Below are positions 53,801-64,000 of a stretch of 64,000 bases of DNA, piece after piece. This DNA comes from Tubiluchus corallicola (taxonomy: Eukaryota; Animalia; Priapulida): contig JAQGDQ010000066.1 in NCBI GenBank assembly GCA_030141605.1, forward strand, positions 660,693 through 724,692, written 5' to 3'. How positions within the stretch are numbered: position 1 is the stretch's first letter; every line of letters begins with the position of its first letter. A program made the translations under genes and the position numbers. The notes under the pieces were generated by a model. That model was not told where the DNA came from, searched no databases, and worked only from the letters and a program-made list of their open reading frames with translations.

Positions 53801-56800
53801 ATACCAAATCTTGTTATGAATAAATTTTCACCACACTCTGGATATGAAAAAAGGCTTCAAACTTTATGTAAATGTCAGCTCTGAGTTGTTTTTGTCTGCA
53901 AATGAATGAAATAGTGCAATTGTTACCAGTTCAAAAGGTTATCCAAGGCTGCTCATATCTGTTCTTTTTTGTTTGGTTACCCGTATTGCTTGTATATGAA
54001 CTCCGCATTGTTTCTTTTCTTTGACCAGTAGGTTGGATACGTACAACATTTTTTGTATTCATTTGTCCTGCTATTTCATTGGTCGTGTTATCAAAATTAT
54101 GTAGAACTTGTTAAAGATTGGTGACCCACTCCTTTAAGTTTGGGAGTAATTTAGACAAGTTACGTCATTGGTTGACAAAGATTTATTTCTGCTCTAATGT
54201 TACAAATTTCTGTATTTTTTCTAGGTACTGATGCTAATAGTCCTCCAACCATTTTGACTGATAAAAATAGGCCTATCATGTGTGCTGGAGCTCAAGACTG
54301 GTTTCTGTTGCTAACACAACATTCACTTGGTGATCTAACATCTATTGTTATTTGGCATGACAATTCGGGAAAGCATCCTTCCTGGTAAGGTTTGGAAATG
54401 GTAGAATAGAAAGCAACACAATAGCCCTGAGCAAAAATGAGTGCAAAATTTTTTTCAGAAATCTGATGGAAAAACTCATTACTGGGCATACTTTACGAGA
54501 AGTTGAAGCACATGATGAGGAGTCAGCAACTTATAAAAGGTTGTAGAGATCAAGTAATTGTTAACCAGTTCAAGATTGCTGATAATCATCATAATAAGAA
54601 CAAACATTCGCAACTAAATCTTTCTAAACCGAAAACTGTATTTCCTAAAATACTGAAGTAGATTTTTGGTTTAGAGTTCACTTTGTGGTGTGTGGTTGAT
54701 CAAAAATATCTGAAAGGTAATTTCAGTATGAAGCTTTTGTGGTGTTTAGTTTATCAAATGTGTCTAAAAGCTAGATTTAGCACTTTTAGCACAATGTTTC
54801 AGGCATCTACACACTTATTTGTAAGTAAGGAGTGCTGTTGCTTATAGAGTGCAGCTGCACCACATTAATTTAAGCTCTCTTATCACACTAAGTGCATATC
54901 CTTTAGGTTCTTGCGAAAAGTCGTGATTACAGATGTACAAGATGATACCTCCTGGGTTTTCTTGTGTAACAAGTGGCTGGCCGTTGATCGTGGACTGAAA
55001 ACAGTTTATTATGAGCTGTATCCAGCTAAAGAGAGCACGCTAAAGGTAAAATAAAAATTTAAGAATAGCAAAACTATGAGCTTAGTTATCTAATAATTAC
55101 TTGTACCATAGCCATTTTTGTATTTAAAGTTGCTTAATAGATTTCCAATAAAAATAATGAGGTCACTGGTGGTATATTTTTATTATCTTGTGTGTATTTG
55201 TTAGCAGATATCATATTGTTTCCATTGTGCCACACAATTCGATCCTTAGCTACTCTCCAAGATGAATATTTTTGAAAATTACTGGTCTTTTGTCTGAGGT
55301 GGTGCAGACCAGTTGCTGACGTATAGTTCGTTTTCTAACAAAGTTACTGTTTTCCTGCTTTTGTGTCCACCTTTTTCCATTGCTGTGTCAGTAGCTGCCA
55401 TGTTTGTTCTGTAGTGGTTCTTATAGCACGTAATGGTATGCTTTGGTCTTCTTGTAATGTTGCCAAGAGAGCAGCGGAAAGTGTCTGTGAATTGGCACTT
55501 GCTGATTGTTTCTCCCAGCACTCATAGCACTTCTCTTTTTTCCTTGTGAAAACCTGTTTTTAGCCATTTTCTTATGATGAGTCCATACAGCCTTACAAAA
55601 ATGTACCTTGTTATATATTTGCCGAGTGCACTTGGTATATTTGGCGTAGTGCATAGTGCTTTAACTACACACAGTTAAGTGCTATTAAACTTGTTTTAGT
55701 ATTGTCTATATAGTACTGTTAGCTAGTACCATCGTATGTGGGTAATTGTTCAATGGTCATGGAGTTTTATTGGACACCAAACTTGAGCAGTACTCAGTCT
55801 GATCAGTAAACTGAATGTGATCGCTGAGAAAACTGCACCTATGACATTTCTTTTGTTGGAACAAATCATATGGCTGCATCTTTACCAGTTCATCATGCCA
55901 TCTTAGTTCCTTGATGAGTCCCTGACTCCCAGTTGTTAAACCAGGATTGATTTACATTTCTCACTATCTATGAATGTCTTTAACACAGTGAACCTGTGGC
56001 TCACATGATATTGCTCTGTTATAATGCATGTGTAATTCTTGCAGAACTCCTTTTGCACCACAACCATTCCACAACCGTTGATTGATGGATTCCAGCTTAC
56101 CGTGTGCTAAATTGTATATTATTAAATACATAAATAATGCAAGTAAAATGTCTTGTACTAATTATTTTAGTTGCTTATTGCAGTATGAAAATTTAGTATG
56201 ATCACTTTTTGTATGTGTAGGGCTTTGTTCACCTCTTTTCAAATAGAACTTTGGAGGATTTTCAAGACGGACACTTGTGGCTGAGCATATACTTGCGACC
56301 GCCTCACAGTAAATTTACCAGAGTTCAGGTAGGTAGTTTTAATTTGCTATCAGGCTATATTTTGTTTGCGTGACAACCATCGAGTTGTAGACACTATTCA
56401 GGTTTTCCTTGTTGATATCTGTTTACACATTTAGGCCGAACACTATTACATTTTTGTTTGTTTATTGTTAGTACTATATGGTTTTTGCTTCCCTGGGATT
56501 TATATGAATTTTTCTAAAGTTGTGTGATGTTTTCCATAGTTGTGTAATTTGCATGTATTTTCTATTTCAAACATTTTCAAAATGTATAAATCTTTTATGA
56601 TTTCTATTACCGTTTTAACATTTTCAGAGATTATCCTGTGCTTTATCACTTTTACTTACCATGATGCTTGGAAACATCATGTTTTATGGCATTCCGACTG
56701 ATGACCCTGAAGATCAAGCTGAGGTGGCTGTTCTAAAATTTTCCTGGTCTCAACTTTCTATTGGTACATATTCTTACTAACATTAATGATGTGTAATTTA

Positions 56801-59800
56801 CATATTTTAATTGACATTTTGGTAAAACATTTATTTTTCTTTAATTTGCAGCTAGGAAGTATACACCACTTTCCAAACAAATTCTGCAGTTCATCAAAAT
56901 AGTAGCATATATGTGACAGAAAATAGATTTGCTATTGTTTAAAAAATGGTCTATTTGTTTATATCAGAACAACAAATGTTTAGTGTTTTCGAATAACAGA
57001 GCATCTATGATTCATTGGGGTTGTCTGTAGCACTAGTCTTAACTGTAATAAATGCACTATTGTCCTCAGCCTAAGCGTAATTTGTATACAATATTGACTG
57101 CCCCGAAGTTCCCCCTCCCCCCCACCTGGCGTGCTAAACATACTTGTTCAGTACTATTTGCAGCAAAATTTGTCATTATCTATCATGTCATTATTACTCT
57201 TTGACTCTCATTTGTATTTACAGCAAAACAATCGCTTCGCTGCACATTTAGTTATAGGCCCGGCGGAGTTTTGATAAATAACTAAATTTTATCAATGTTT
57301 GATTTTTTTCGAAAGGCATTGTGATATCTAGAGTTTATGTTAGGCTGAAAAAATGGAAATTATTTTTTCTTTTAAATTGAATATAAATGATATTTTTAAC
57401 CCGTTCCTTTGTGCTTCTAAATATATATTACTGTAATATTACTCCTAAAAATATGTCAATGTATGAGTGAACCACTTCAGAATAACAGAGTCATTTTTAT
57501 ACAGTTTTTTAAGTGCTATGGCTTTCTTTAATAGCGTTTCTATTCGTGGGTTCTTAACAATTATGTTTTCATATGTAGCTCTCTTCCTGACTTTGAATGA
57601 CAATATGATAGATTACAAGTAATGTACAGACATGATGTTGGCATCGAAGTGCTCACCAGGATATGCTTATCGTGTTATAAGTAAATTTTCATAATTTGAG
57701 TCAAAAGATCGATTTTGCTATGACACATGGAAACATTTGCCATCTTTGACTTTAAAATAACAGTGTGATGCAAGTAAAATTGCTTGATTTAACTAGTTCA
57801 TCATCAGTTTTTTTACTTGCGTGATATGTTACAAAACGTGTTTGTTCATTCACGCCGCCAAACTCAATATGTCTTTAACCACAGTGCAGACTTGTTGATA
57901 GCTACCTATGGTATATTACAACAAGTATTTTGAACATGCCCTGTCAATCAATGCCCCATTTTAAGCTGTATCTCCATGCTGACTTCACCCCTCAAACAAG
58001 AAGTGTGGAAGTGTTCAGTATTGTTTAGAATATCCATTGATTTAAAAGAATCCTCTTGAGTTTCAACCGCAGTTTTCAAAAAGACAAAAAGAACAACTCT
58101 CTGAGCACCTGACATCTTCTGCTGCTGATAAAAAATCAAACCTTGTCTTTTTTGCTGTTTTGCAACAGGGAAACATTGTTGTAATTTACCATCTAGGTCT
58201 TTTATAATTTCTTTGTTACGTAATTTTTTATATTTTAAAAAATAGTTTGAAACAGTAATTTTAATCTGCATATCCAAAGTGAGGTTTTGAGATTAAAGTA
58301 TGCATTTGGGATCAAAGGGAGTACATTTTTTTGTAATTGTTTCTTGTGACTTTTGTGGTTGTTAACAGCAACTTATTGCATTATGCTGTCACGCACACAT
58401 ACACACACACACACACACATGCACACACACATATATGATTTTCTCCTTTTTTTAGGTTTTTCGACTGGCCTCATTACTTGGTTAATTAATTTGGTTATCG
58501 TGTCCTTTTTTCGAATGTCACAAACTGGTGAAGTTGTGTCTGTGCGGGAACAGGACATTTTTAGCAGGTACTTGGTGATCTTTTCTCCACTTTTATTGGG
58601 TTTCTCCACTTATGATTTAATTCACAGAATTTATTCTGCCATGAAGTGGATCTCATCTCATTGTTGTTAATGTAATAAGTTTCTAGCCTGTTTTTAGTGT
58701 GAAGTCACAATTATATAGAGTAGCCAGAGGTGGAAAATCTTACAAATGTCCTGGTGACTAAAATTTGGCATACCGGTAATGTACTAAGTCCAGAGATTTT
58801 TATAGATGTATCTAGTATTGAGATAGCGGGGGAGGGGGTTACTGCAAAGGGCCACAGAGCCCATGGAGATTTAAAAAGTTCCACTTCTAAATTGTCAATT
58901 TTATTGGAATTTTCACTACTTACATGTATTCCCACTGCAAATACAATTGTTATCTTCAAACATTATTTCAGTTATTGTTACACACTCACTCATAGTAATA
59001 CTTAGTAGTTTATATACCCACCAACTATGCGTGGAGTTAAGTGATTTAAAACTGTGATGCTTAGCAAGATCATTTTGCCCCTTATCTTAAATACTGTTCC
59101 ATAAAATTTCTTAGAACTATTCTAAGAAAGGAGTCCTTCATTTTGTTTGGCTCACAGGTTTTATCACTTTGGTATGAGACAACTTCAAACAATAATTCTG
59201 CAAAATATCTCACCCATCTAGGCACTTATAATGTCTGATGTTGCTTAACTACTGAAGGAAGTTCTTTTGAGCGCCAAAAAGTAACAATGCAGTAAAGTTT
59301 TTAAGATATTAACACACGACTTGTATTGGTTGCATTTTAATACTGACCACTGGTGATGCTTGGAAGGTTAACTATTGCAAAAATCAATATATCTTATCTT
59401 TACAGCAGCAAGCTGCCTATTTATAAAACAAAATTGCTACTATAATAGTTTAGTTATAGTTACTGCACAGTTATGATGCAGACACATTATTCCTGTATGT
59501 GCTGCCGCTGCCAAGTTTTTGAGTACGATGCAATAGCGGCAATATGTAGGTACAAACTACAGCTCATGTAGGTGTGCAAAAAATATTACCTCGAGTAATA
59601 ATTACATTGTAGCTTTGATGAGTATTAGAATGTGGCACAGTTTTGTCATTTTTGCTAATAAAGAGAGAGAAAAATCGAAACTTTTGCCATTAAAATTTTG
59701 ATAAAAAATTGTGTCCCTCTGCAAGAAGAAGTGTCCCACGGACTACGTCCACCAGTCCGGTAAGATTTTCCAGCCCTGAGAGTAGCTTCATCTTCTAAAT

Positions 59801-60095
59801 TTTTATGTTAAAACGGATTCTATTGTAATAGTAAATGGCATTCTAAATAACATCGTCATGAAATGGATTCTGTTGCAATGCTACATAGCATTCTAAACGA
59901 CACATCCGGGCACTTGGGCAGAGAAAACTCAGTAAGTGTGTGACCCAATGCTTCACATTCTGGACTAGCTATTTTTTCGGCTAATTAATAGACTTGGTGA
60001 ACTAAAATACTGGTTTTTCATTTTTTAACTATCATTCCAATTGTCATTAAGAATTGCCTCCATATTATCATACGCATTTATTTTCAACCCACATC

Positions 60096-60162
<67 letters not shown>

Positions 60163-62299
60163 TTAGATTTTTTACCATTTTTGATTATAACACTAGTACT
60201 TAATTAATTTTTTACTTCACTTGCAGGATTAAACTTTCTAGACTATGGAGTGTGTTTAGGAAAAAGCCGATAAGAAGAGTTTCATCAGACATCCACTCTA
60301 ATCCTGAAACATGGGTATTTTATGAAGTGCATTTTTGTTGACAGTGTTATTATTGTGACCTAAGGGACATATGTATTGGCCGTACTTGAAATTGTTTTCA
60401 GTTTAGGTTTTGTTAAATAGAAACGTTAACCTGTAAGTTGTCTAAATTTTTCTTACAATGTTTATTAAAGAAAAACTGGACCTAGTCTAAACTACGCCTG
60501 AAAATAATCTAATCTGTCAAATACTGAAAGGGAACATACTATATTTTCAAGAGCGATTGATGTGAAAGAATTATTATCACATAATTTCACATTCACGCAG
60601 CTAGTTCTTTGCTGTTACATGCACTTCACCATTCTCTATAGACGTGCACTAGCCCCTGCATCTCAGAAATGCACTGCACATAGAACAGGTGTTATACCTT
60701 TTATTTCAGAGTTTTTCAGTTGTGACTTAATGCACATGTTTGAGACCTCAAGCGTGAGCACAGCAGTAAGCTTGAATTTTGAGTTTTACTTAAAATTTTG
60801 TATATCGCATTGAATATCTTACAGTATAACACTGTACTTTTTGTTTTCACAAATACATGCAGCATGCTCGTTGAATGTTTGTACTGTTGAAGAGTATGTG
60901 CACTTGTGATGTCCTCACTATTTGAGCTCGCCCGCCGCTAATTAAGTTTTTAAATTGTTGTTTAATTATCAGAAACGCTTGGCATTATTACAAGCATCAA
61001 AATGTGTAATTTTTCCCGAACTTGAGTAAGATGTGAAAAATCATCCTTCTTTCCTTTAAAAATTTTTGTACCAATGTACGTGTCATTTTTGCATGATAAC
61101 TCACGATTGTATTCTTACTGGAAATGATAAGATAGAGAAGCAGAGAAAAGTTGTACTACAAATAATCCTGTGTGAAATTTTTTACAAATGTGGTTTGACA
61201 AAACATCATTGCTCGGCATACTTTACAAGAAAGTGAAGCAAATTCTGAACAGCTATTTTATTACATTTGTGCTGCGCATCACTTAGTGGTGAGGCGCCAA
61301 CAAATTTTGCAAGCATTCCAAATTCAACTAGGTCTTGGCCAGTTCAAGACGGACTGCAAAACAATTGTAATAAAAACGTTGAACACACATTCAAGGTCAT
61401 AATTAATGTAATTTGAAAGACTGTACTTTGTAGAGTACAAACATAGGTTTTTGGAATCGAAATTGCTTTATTGTATAATTCATTGAGTAATGGTTTATGA
61501 AACGTATCTGAAAACTAGTTCTAGTATGATGCCTTATGTATTTATTTGTAAGTAGTACTCTTGCTTGTGGATTACGATTTAATTTATGCTAACTTATCGT
61601 ACAAAATAAATATCTTTTATTTACATTTGAAAAGTTACAGATGTGCAACAGGTTAGCTTCTGGTATTTCTTGTGTAATTAAGTGGCTAACCATCTACATG
61701 TAAACTAAAAAGAAAAGATTTAATTCATTTCACACTGAAATTCAGATTCGATTTTGTAATATCAAACGACAGAGGATAATTATAACAATTCTTGTTTTAA
61801 CACAGGAAGACTCTAGAGACAGTGCATCTGTGGAGCAGTCAAATCGGTTGCAGGTAAAAGACTATAATCCTGTGCGACCTGAAAGCATTTCCTTAGGTGC
61901 TAAAAGCGTAAAATATAGAAGAACAAAGCGAAAGCAGTCTTGGTTTGAACTATACTCTGGAACAAAAGTGGAAAAACACTCACGCTTTCAACTGCCATGG
62001 TGGTGCATTTACATCGGCTGGGTTCTGGTTTGGAGCTCTTCATTAGCATGTTCGTATTTGGTGATGCTGTACGGATTAAAATATGGGTACAAGACAAGTA
62101 TCGATTGGTTGATGTCCATGTTGTATTCTACCTTTGAAGCTGTCTTCATTTCAGATCCAGTGCAAGTAATCCTCACGGCCTTCCTCTTTTCCTTGCTATA
62201 CAAAGACCCAGAAGAGCTTGAAGAAAAACAAGTGTATGTGCCTCTCATACACGAGAAAGACGAGCTGTTGCATGAGGAGTGGTGTAAAATGTATGAGAG
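8746..62299 (+). CDS. PKD1L: Polycystin-1-like (PKD1L/REJ family) receptor gene, 37 coding exons traced, 3' incomplete
   Basis: Spliced by hand: all junctions are GT-AG, phases match throughout, 6641 nt with no stop codon. Family motifs: REJ (VIDGG, SYDPE, RFTWYC, CEINC, NERPVEGSCSVSP, LLPPG), GAIN (NPYNW), GPS (CVYWD...CVCYHL/TAF), PLAT (WHDNSG.HPSWFL), DGHLWLSIYLRPPHSKFTRVQRL and LPWWC. Orthology to a specific vertebrate paralogue is not established. Confidence 0.95.
9457..11345 (-). mobile_element. Internally deleted hAT DNA transposon (ZMYM1-like transposase) in the first coding intron
   Basis: TIRs CAGGGGCGTCGTGC and CAGTGGCGTCGTGC (14 bp, 1 mismatch); perfect 8-bp TSD TCTAAAAT at 9449-9456 and 11346-11353. 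Confidence 0.95.
9700..10830 (-). pseudogene. C-terminal half of a hAT transposase with a 1-bp frameshift near 10497
   Basis: LSATRW motif; dimerisation motif TLPVTSCSCERSFCVLKFVKNALRSTMSQSRL; N-terminal half missing. Confidence 0.9.
11673..11782 (+). CDS. Exon: Ig1 N-terminal half (EKNISLVRGPNDYFHLLVNDTFSLDCHY...)
   Basis: Phase 1-0; carries the B-strand Cys; donor gtaatg. Confidence 0.8.
12122..12347 (+). CDS. Exon: Ig1 C-terminal half (VKWFK...LVIKNAQIEDNGRWYC)
   Basis: Ig C-strand Trp and DxGxWxC motif; phase 0-1. Confidence 0.88.
14460..16060. mobile_element. Non-autonomous element(s) with internal ~130-150 bp repeats (Helentron/DINE-1-like, tentative)
   Basis: Six copies of a core like CATTC...AGACCTTTCATTTGATAT at about 14521, 14659, 14807, 14934, 15750 and 15892; GTGACCCTAGC occurs twice. 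The family assignment is inference. Confidence 0.5.
16510..16619 (+). CDS. Exon: Ig2 N-terminal half (IIHDPKHQKVALGKSFTLACEV)
   Basis: I-set A'/B strand pattern; phase 1-0; donor gtaagg. Confidence 0.88.
17250..18010. mobile_element. GC/CpG-rich intronic insertion, probably a young TE
   Basis: Sharp rise in GC content; contains ATATCAAATGAAAGGTCT (reverse complement of the 14.5-16 kb core) and three TTTGCGTTA repeats; termini not resolved. Confidence 0.4.
18901..19040. repeat. Perfect 35-bp inverted repeat with a 70-bp repetitive spacer
   Basis: 18901-18935 is the exact reverse complement of 19006-19040. Confidence 0.95.
19445..19649 (+). CDS. Exon: Ig2 C-terminal half (IHWYRNG...LFVENAQMEDSTKWHC)
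   Basis: WYRNG and DSxxWxC motifs; phase 0-1. Confidence 0.88.
20250..21400 (-). mobile_element. Degenerate L2/CR1-group LINE ORF2 relic
   Basis: Frameshifted RT motifs GPQG and YGFDYHLYAND (YADD-like), plus LHWLPVHQMIKFKI; boundaries approximate. Confidence 0.8.
21480..21800 (-). mobile_element. Probable 3' fragment of an RTE-clade LINE
   Basis: Decayed RRPLTAWRRR resembles the RTE GRPxxTWRR motif. Confidence 0.4.
21874..21981 (+). CDS. Exon: EGF-like domain (DVCLLLPCLHGKCTLLKGVNYICTCEARYIGENC)
   Basis: Six-Cys EGF spacing with CxCxxxYxGxxC; phase 1-1. Confidence 0.92.
22102..22563. mobile_element. Tc1/pogo (Tigger-like) MITE
   Basis: TIRs CAGTGGGTGCCGCTTAATAGACTCAC and GTGAGTCTATTAAGCAGAGCCTACTG, each flanked by TA. 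Confidence 0.8.
23833..24494 (+). CDS. Exon: PKD-like domain and start of REJ region
   Basis: Lies within ORF 23781-24500; HTFFKPGNITLEV resembles the PKD HxYxxPGxYxV motif; phase 1-0. Confidence 0.88.
25439..25650 (+). CDS. Exon: REJ (LRPVIDGG...SANNSYDPE)
   Basis: REJ motifs; phase 0-2. Confidence 0.88.
26497..26600 (+). CDS. Exon: REJ (RFTWYCYK)
   Basis: FxWxC motif; phase 2-1. Confidence 0.85.
26791..26868. repeat. (TC)n microsatellite
   Basis: Seen directly. Confidence 0.97.
27384..27531 (+). CDS. Exon: REJ
   Basis: Open frame, canonical junctions, phase 1-2. Confidence 0.85.
27901..28139 (+). CDS. Exon: REJ (SCEINCGVKVDPLEQLHLTADC)
   Basis: CxxNC REJ motif; phase 2-1. Confidence 0.9.
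28754..28852 (+). CDS. Exon: REJ (VNERPVEGSCSVSPLR)
   Basis: NxxPxxGxCxVxP motif; phase 1-1. Confidence 0.9.
30117..30245 (+). CDS. Exon: REJ (FSMNCDGYWDSDVPLSYEF)
   Basis: FxxxCxxWxDxDxPLxY-type motif; phase 1-1. Confidence 0.9.
31476..31621 (+). CDS. Exon: end of REJ (LLPPG...VADAL)
   Basis: LPxG motif; phase 1-0. Confidence 0.9.
32787..32910 (+). CDS. Exon: helical region (GAIN subdomain A)
   Basis: Phase 0-1; donor gtaagc. Confidence 0.85.
33762..33856 (+). CDS. Exon: helical region
   Basis: Phase 1-0; donor gtaagt. Confidence 0.85.
33954..35573. mobile_element. Foldback-like element with long imperfect inverted arms
   Basis: TGCTGCAATCAAAATTGTAAAAATT matches the reverse complement of 35549-35573; 34091-34140 matches the reverse complement of 35452-35500; the arms are built from TTTTGTAAAA units. 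Confidence 0.6.
35782..35901 (+). CDS. Exon: helical region (IRNSLLSILSNLP)
   Basis: Phase 0-0; donor gtgagt. Confidence 0.87.
36420..36511 (+). CDS. Exon: helical region
   Basis: Phase 0-2; donor gtatgt. Confidence 0.85.
37934..38003 (+). CDS. Exon: helical region (TILSGISKIFGAL)
   Basis: Phase 2-0; donor gtaaga. Confidence 0.85.
38506..38653. repeat. ~30-bp minisatellite, 5 copies (TACTAAATTTAACCTGTGAAAGTGCTTGAC-like)
   Basis: Head-to-tail degenerate copies with no spacers. Confidence 0.9.
38821..38971 (+). CDS. Exon: GAIN A/B junction (GDNATVIETDTITVTV)
   Basis: Phase 0-1. Confidence 0.87.
39841..39938 (+). CDS. Exon: GAIN B (GHFKIPP)
   Basis: FxIP motif; the donor gttgtg is weak and the end could be 39941. 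Confidence 0.8.
40518..40662 (+). CDS. Exon: GAIN B (VNPYNW...INTAVANLEI)
   Basis: NPYxW polycystin GAIN motif; phase 0-1. Confidence 0.9.
41532..41674 (+). CDS. Exon: GAIN B
   Basis: Phase 1-0; donor gtaatt. Confidence 0.87.
43095..44046 (+). CDS. Large exon: GAIN B strands (RPT...QYFVGF) followed by a 32-Cys inserted module
   Basis: Lies within ORF 43098-44225; acceptor ttcag, donor gtagta; phase 0-1. Confidence 0.88.
45561..45714 (+). CDS. Exon: extra PLAT domain, part 1 (YRIGTVTADVADSGTSASVYVIIHGSHG)
   Basis: PLAT YxIxxxTxDxxxxGTxAxVxxxxxG motif; phase 1-2. Confidence 0.9.
47140..47480 (+). pseudogene. Decayed duplicate of PLAT exon 48157-48259 and its downstream intron
   Basis: Shares TCCTGAATGTCACAATATGGGAGGATAA exactly; 47281-47480 resembles 48470-48660. 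Confidence 0.8.
48157..48259 (+). CDS. Exon: extra PLAT domain, part 2 (DWF...WEDNSGLAPDWLLEK)
   Basis: DNSG..PxWxL motif; phase 2-0. Confidence 0.9.
49600..49930 (+). mobile_element. L2 LINE 3' fragment
   Basis: IKFKINLITYRAINGVSLIYISDLLKPYVPCRTLKS...LWNSLP matches the L2 ORF2 C-terminus. Confidence 0.85.
50333..50453 (+). CDS. Exon: extra PLAT domain, part 3 (YTCPCMKWFD)
   Basis: Variant of the FPCxxW motif; phase 0-1. Confidence 0.88.
51750..51853 (+). CDS. Exon: GAIN resumes, GPS part 1 (NFTVGFYNSRCVYWDEKKEEFRSEGCL)
   Basis: GPS CxYW...GC motif; phase 1-0. Confidence 0.92.
52507..52737 (+). CDS. Exon: GPS cleavage site (CVCYHL/TAF), stalk and TM1
   Basis: HL-T codons at 52552-52560; VMPN motif; hydrophobic helix followed by RKDKAD. 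Confidence 0.95.
53426..53546 (+). CDS. Exon: canonical cytoplasmic PLAT, part 1 (LEDN...YLIITYTGIRKGAATTATV)
   Basis: Polycystin PLAT motif; phase 0-1. Confidence 0.93.
54225..54384 (+). CDS. Exon: canonical PLAT, part 2 (SLGDL...WHDNSGKHPSW)
   Basis: WHDNSG motif; phase 1-2. Confidence 0.95.
54430..54780 (+). repeat. Dispersed repeat, with a second copy at about 61170-61530
   Basis: Collinear shared blocks GGCATACTTTAC.AGAA, CCAGTTCAAGA and ACTGTA.TT...TAG.TTTTTGG. Confidence 0.65.
54907..55045 (+). CDS. Exon: canonical PLAT, part 3 (FLRKVVITD...FLCNKWLAVD)
   Basis: FxCxxWL motif; phase 2-0. Confidence 0.95.
56221..56328 (+). CDS. Exon: DGHLWLSIYLRPPHSKFTRVQ
   Basis: Polycystin-1 family signature just before TM2. 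Confidence 0.95.
56628..56763 (+). CDS. Exon: TM2 (RLSCALSLLLTMMLGNIMFY)
   Basis: Family motif; phase 0-1. Confidence 0.93.
58456..58567 (+). CDS. Exon: TM3
   Basis: Hydrophobic helix ending FFR; phase 1-2. Confidence 0.9.
60101..60159. repeat. (TA)n microsatellite
   Basis: Seen directly. Confidence 0.97.
60227..60314 (+). CDS. Exon: TM3-TM4 cytoplasmic loop
   Basis: Acceptor ttgcag; phase 2-0, which bridges the neighbouring exons. Confidence 0.72.
61806..62299 (+). CDS. Exon: loop, TM4 and TM5 (LPWWCIYIGW...MLYGLKYG...WL)
   Basis: Overlaps ORF 61830-62303; donor gtaagt. Confidence 0.93.
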
Positions 62300-63875
62300 G
62301 TAAGTCAAAATTAAAAATGTCTTTATGATTATATACATTGTTAACAAAGTTTAATAAGCAAGCTAACTAATTGATTTCCTTGCAAACTAACATTTTTAAA
62401 CTGTTGATTTGTTTTTTAGAAATGTTAATGGACAAGAAAAGGGGGTATCTGAAGTAGGTTTCAGAAAAATCGCCTCAAAAAAATTATTACTTTAAAGCAA
62501 TTTTATACATATGTCATTTATGCAAACGTAAATCAGGGGAAAAGGCAACGTTAAATTATGTCCGAAAAAATTTCCAATGAAAATCTATATTACTTAGCAT
62601 TTTGCTTACCTGCTGGAAAGACGTAAGTTACTAGAAATAATAATTTAAAATGTTCATGCCAGTTAGTAAAATGTCGCTGGCTCACTCTCCAGGTTGCGCC
62701 ATTTACTAAGCAAAAATGTCTTTTTAATCTTATTGGCAGATACAGTAATGTAAAATTTTACTTAGTAACACATGTGCTACGAACGTTCTGATTTCTGCAA
62801 TGCAAACTTATCAAACAGGCTACCATCAAAATGGCTGCGCCTAATGGTCATCGCAGGAGTTTAAATTTACATGCTTTATGCAGTATTACTGCAGACGAAA
62901 GACCTGCATGAAAAAGGCAGTATGTAAGTGGTATAAAATTTCAAGACGAATTTTTTAAGCTTTATGTAAGTGAGGGTTTTCTTGTGCTTTAAACTTAAAA
63001 TGAACTTTCAAACCAGACAGAGTATAAAAATCATAGAAAATTATTTATAAAAACAGCAAATACACTGAAAATGTTCTCATTTTCAAAATGCTTGGAAAGT
63101 CTATCATGTATTTCTGAAGTCCAGTCTTTATATGCTTTTTTCTCTAGACATATTTTTTAGTTATAGGCATTTAATTAAAATCAGCAAGACTGTAACGTTT
63201 CAATGTCTTGATAAACAGCTGTGTTCTGTAAGATAGCACAACGTATATCAAAAAGTTATGGATCTAGTCAAGCTTGATTTGTTTAATTATTTATAAATAT
63301 TACGCTACTATATTATTACAGTTGAAATAGGGTTATATTTAAATAACTGATTCATTCACAGTGTAGGATAGTACAAATTGTGCACTAATTTCTTGTTCAT
63401 TTGAATTATAACATTACTGTAGTTACTACTTGACAGACCAATAATTAAAATATATGGTATTTATACTACTACTAGTATGTGCAGTTTAGTTTATTTGTGA
63501 GCCAGCATCTATAAAAATGGACTGCTCAAGCTCTTTAGTGTCAAATTACACCTTTTGAAAGCCTCAGAATTATTCCGGCTAAAATTTTTATTGCAGCTCA
63601 TATGCACTGTAATGCTAACTTATATACATAATTATATATATTATATCACTTGGTGTTTAATTTACAACAGTATTGTGTGAATAATTAAATAACTTTACAA
63701 GAGCGACTTTGTACAAAGTTAAAGTTTGTTTTTAAAATGAAACAAATATTTTTGTATTATTAAACCACAAATTAAATATAAATTGACCTAAAATATACTT
63801 ATTAAATTGAACCATGTGTACACAGTCTAACTGCTTGCGTCGACAATGACTATTCAATTGCGATTTAGTTATGAT

Positions 63876-64000
<125 letters not shown>

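Noticed and set aside
62400-62930. Candidate next exons after 62299 (acceptors near 62419, 62692 and 62818)
   Set aside because: Frames in the required phase hit stops or lack polycystin motifs; TM6-11 are not visible in this window.

Overview
AT-rich, intron-rich animal (probably invertebrate) genomic DNA; there are no prokaryotic features. About 54 kb (8746 to beyond 62299, + strand) belongs to one large polycystin-1-family (PKD1L/REJ) gene. I could trace 37 coding exons by hand, all with GT-AG junctions that stay in frame, giving about 2213 aa; the gene runs off the 3' end of the window. Domain order: signal peptide, Ig, Ig, EGF, PKD-like, REJ, GAIN, GPS (intact HL/T), TM1, PLAT, TM2-5. 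The most unusual point is an insert of about 380 aa inside the GAIN domain, upstream of the GPS. It consists of a 32-Cys module with CX6C/CX3C spacing and a second, predicted extracellular PLAT/LH2 domain carried on a phase 1-1 exon cassette. The introns and upstream flank hold an internally deleted hAT transposon (TIRs plus 8-bp TSD), hAT and Tc1/pogo MITEs, a foldback-like element, L2 and RTE LINE relics, a decayed duplicate of a PLAT exon, a perfect 35-bp inverted repeat, and micro- and minisatellites. A poorly supported spliced minus-strand gene may lie near 2-3.5 kb.
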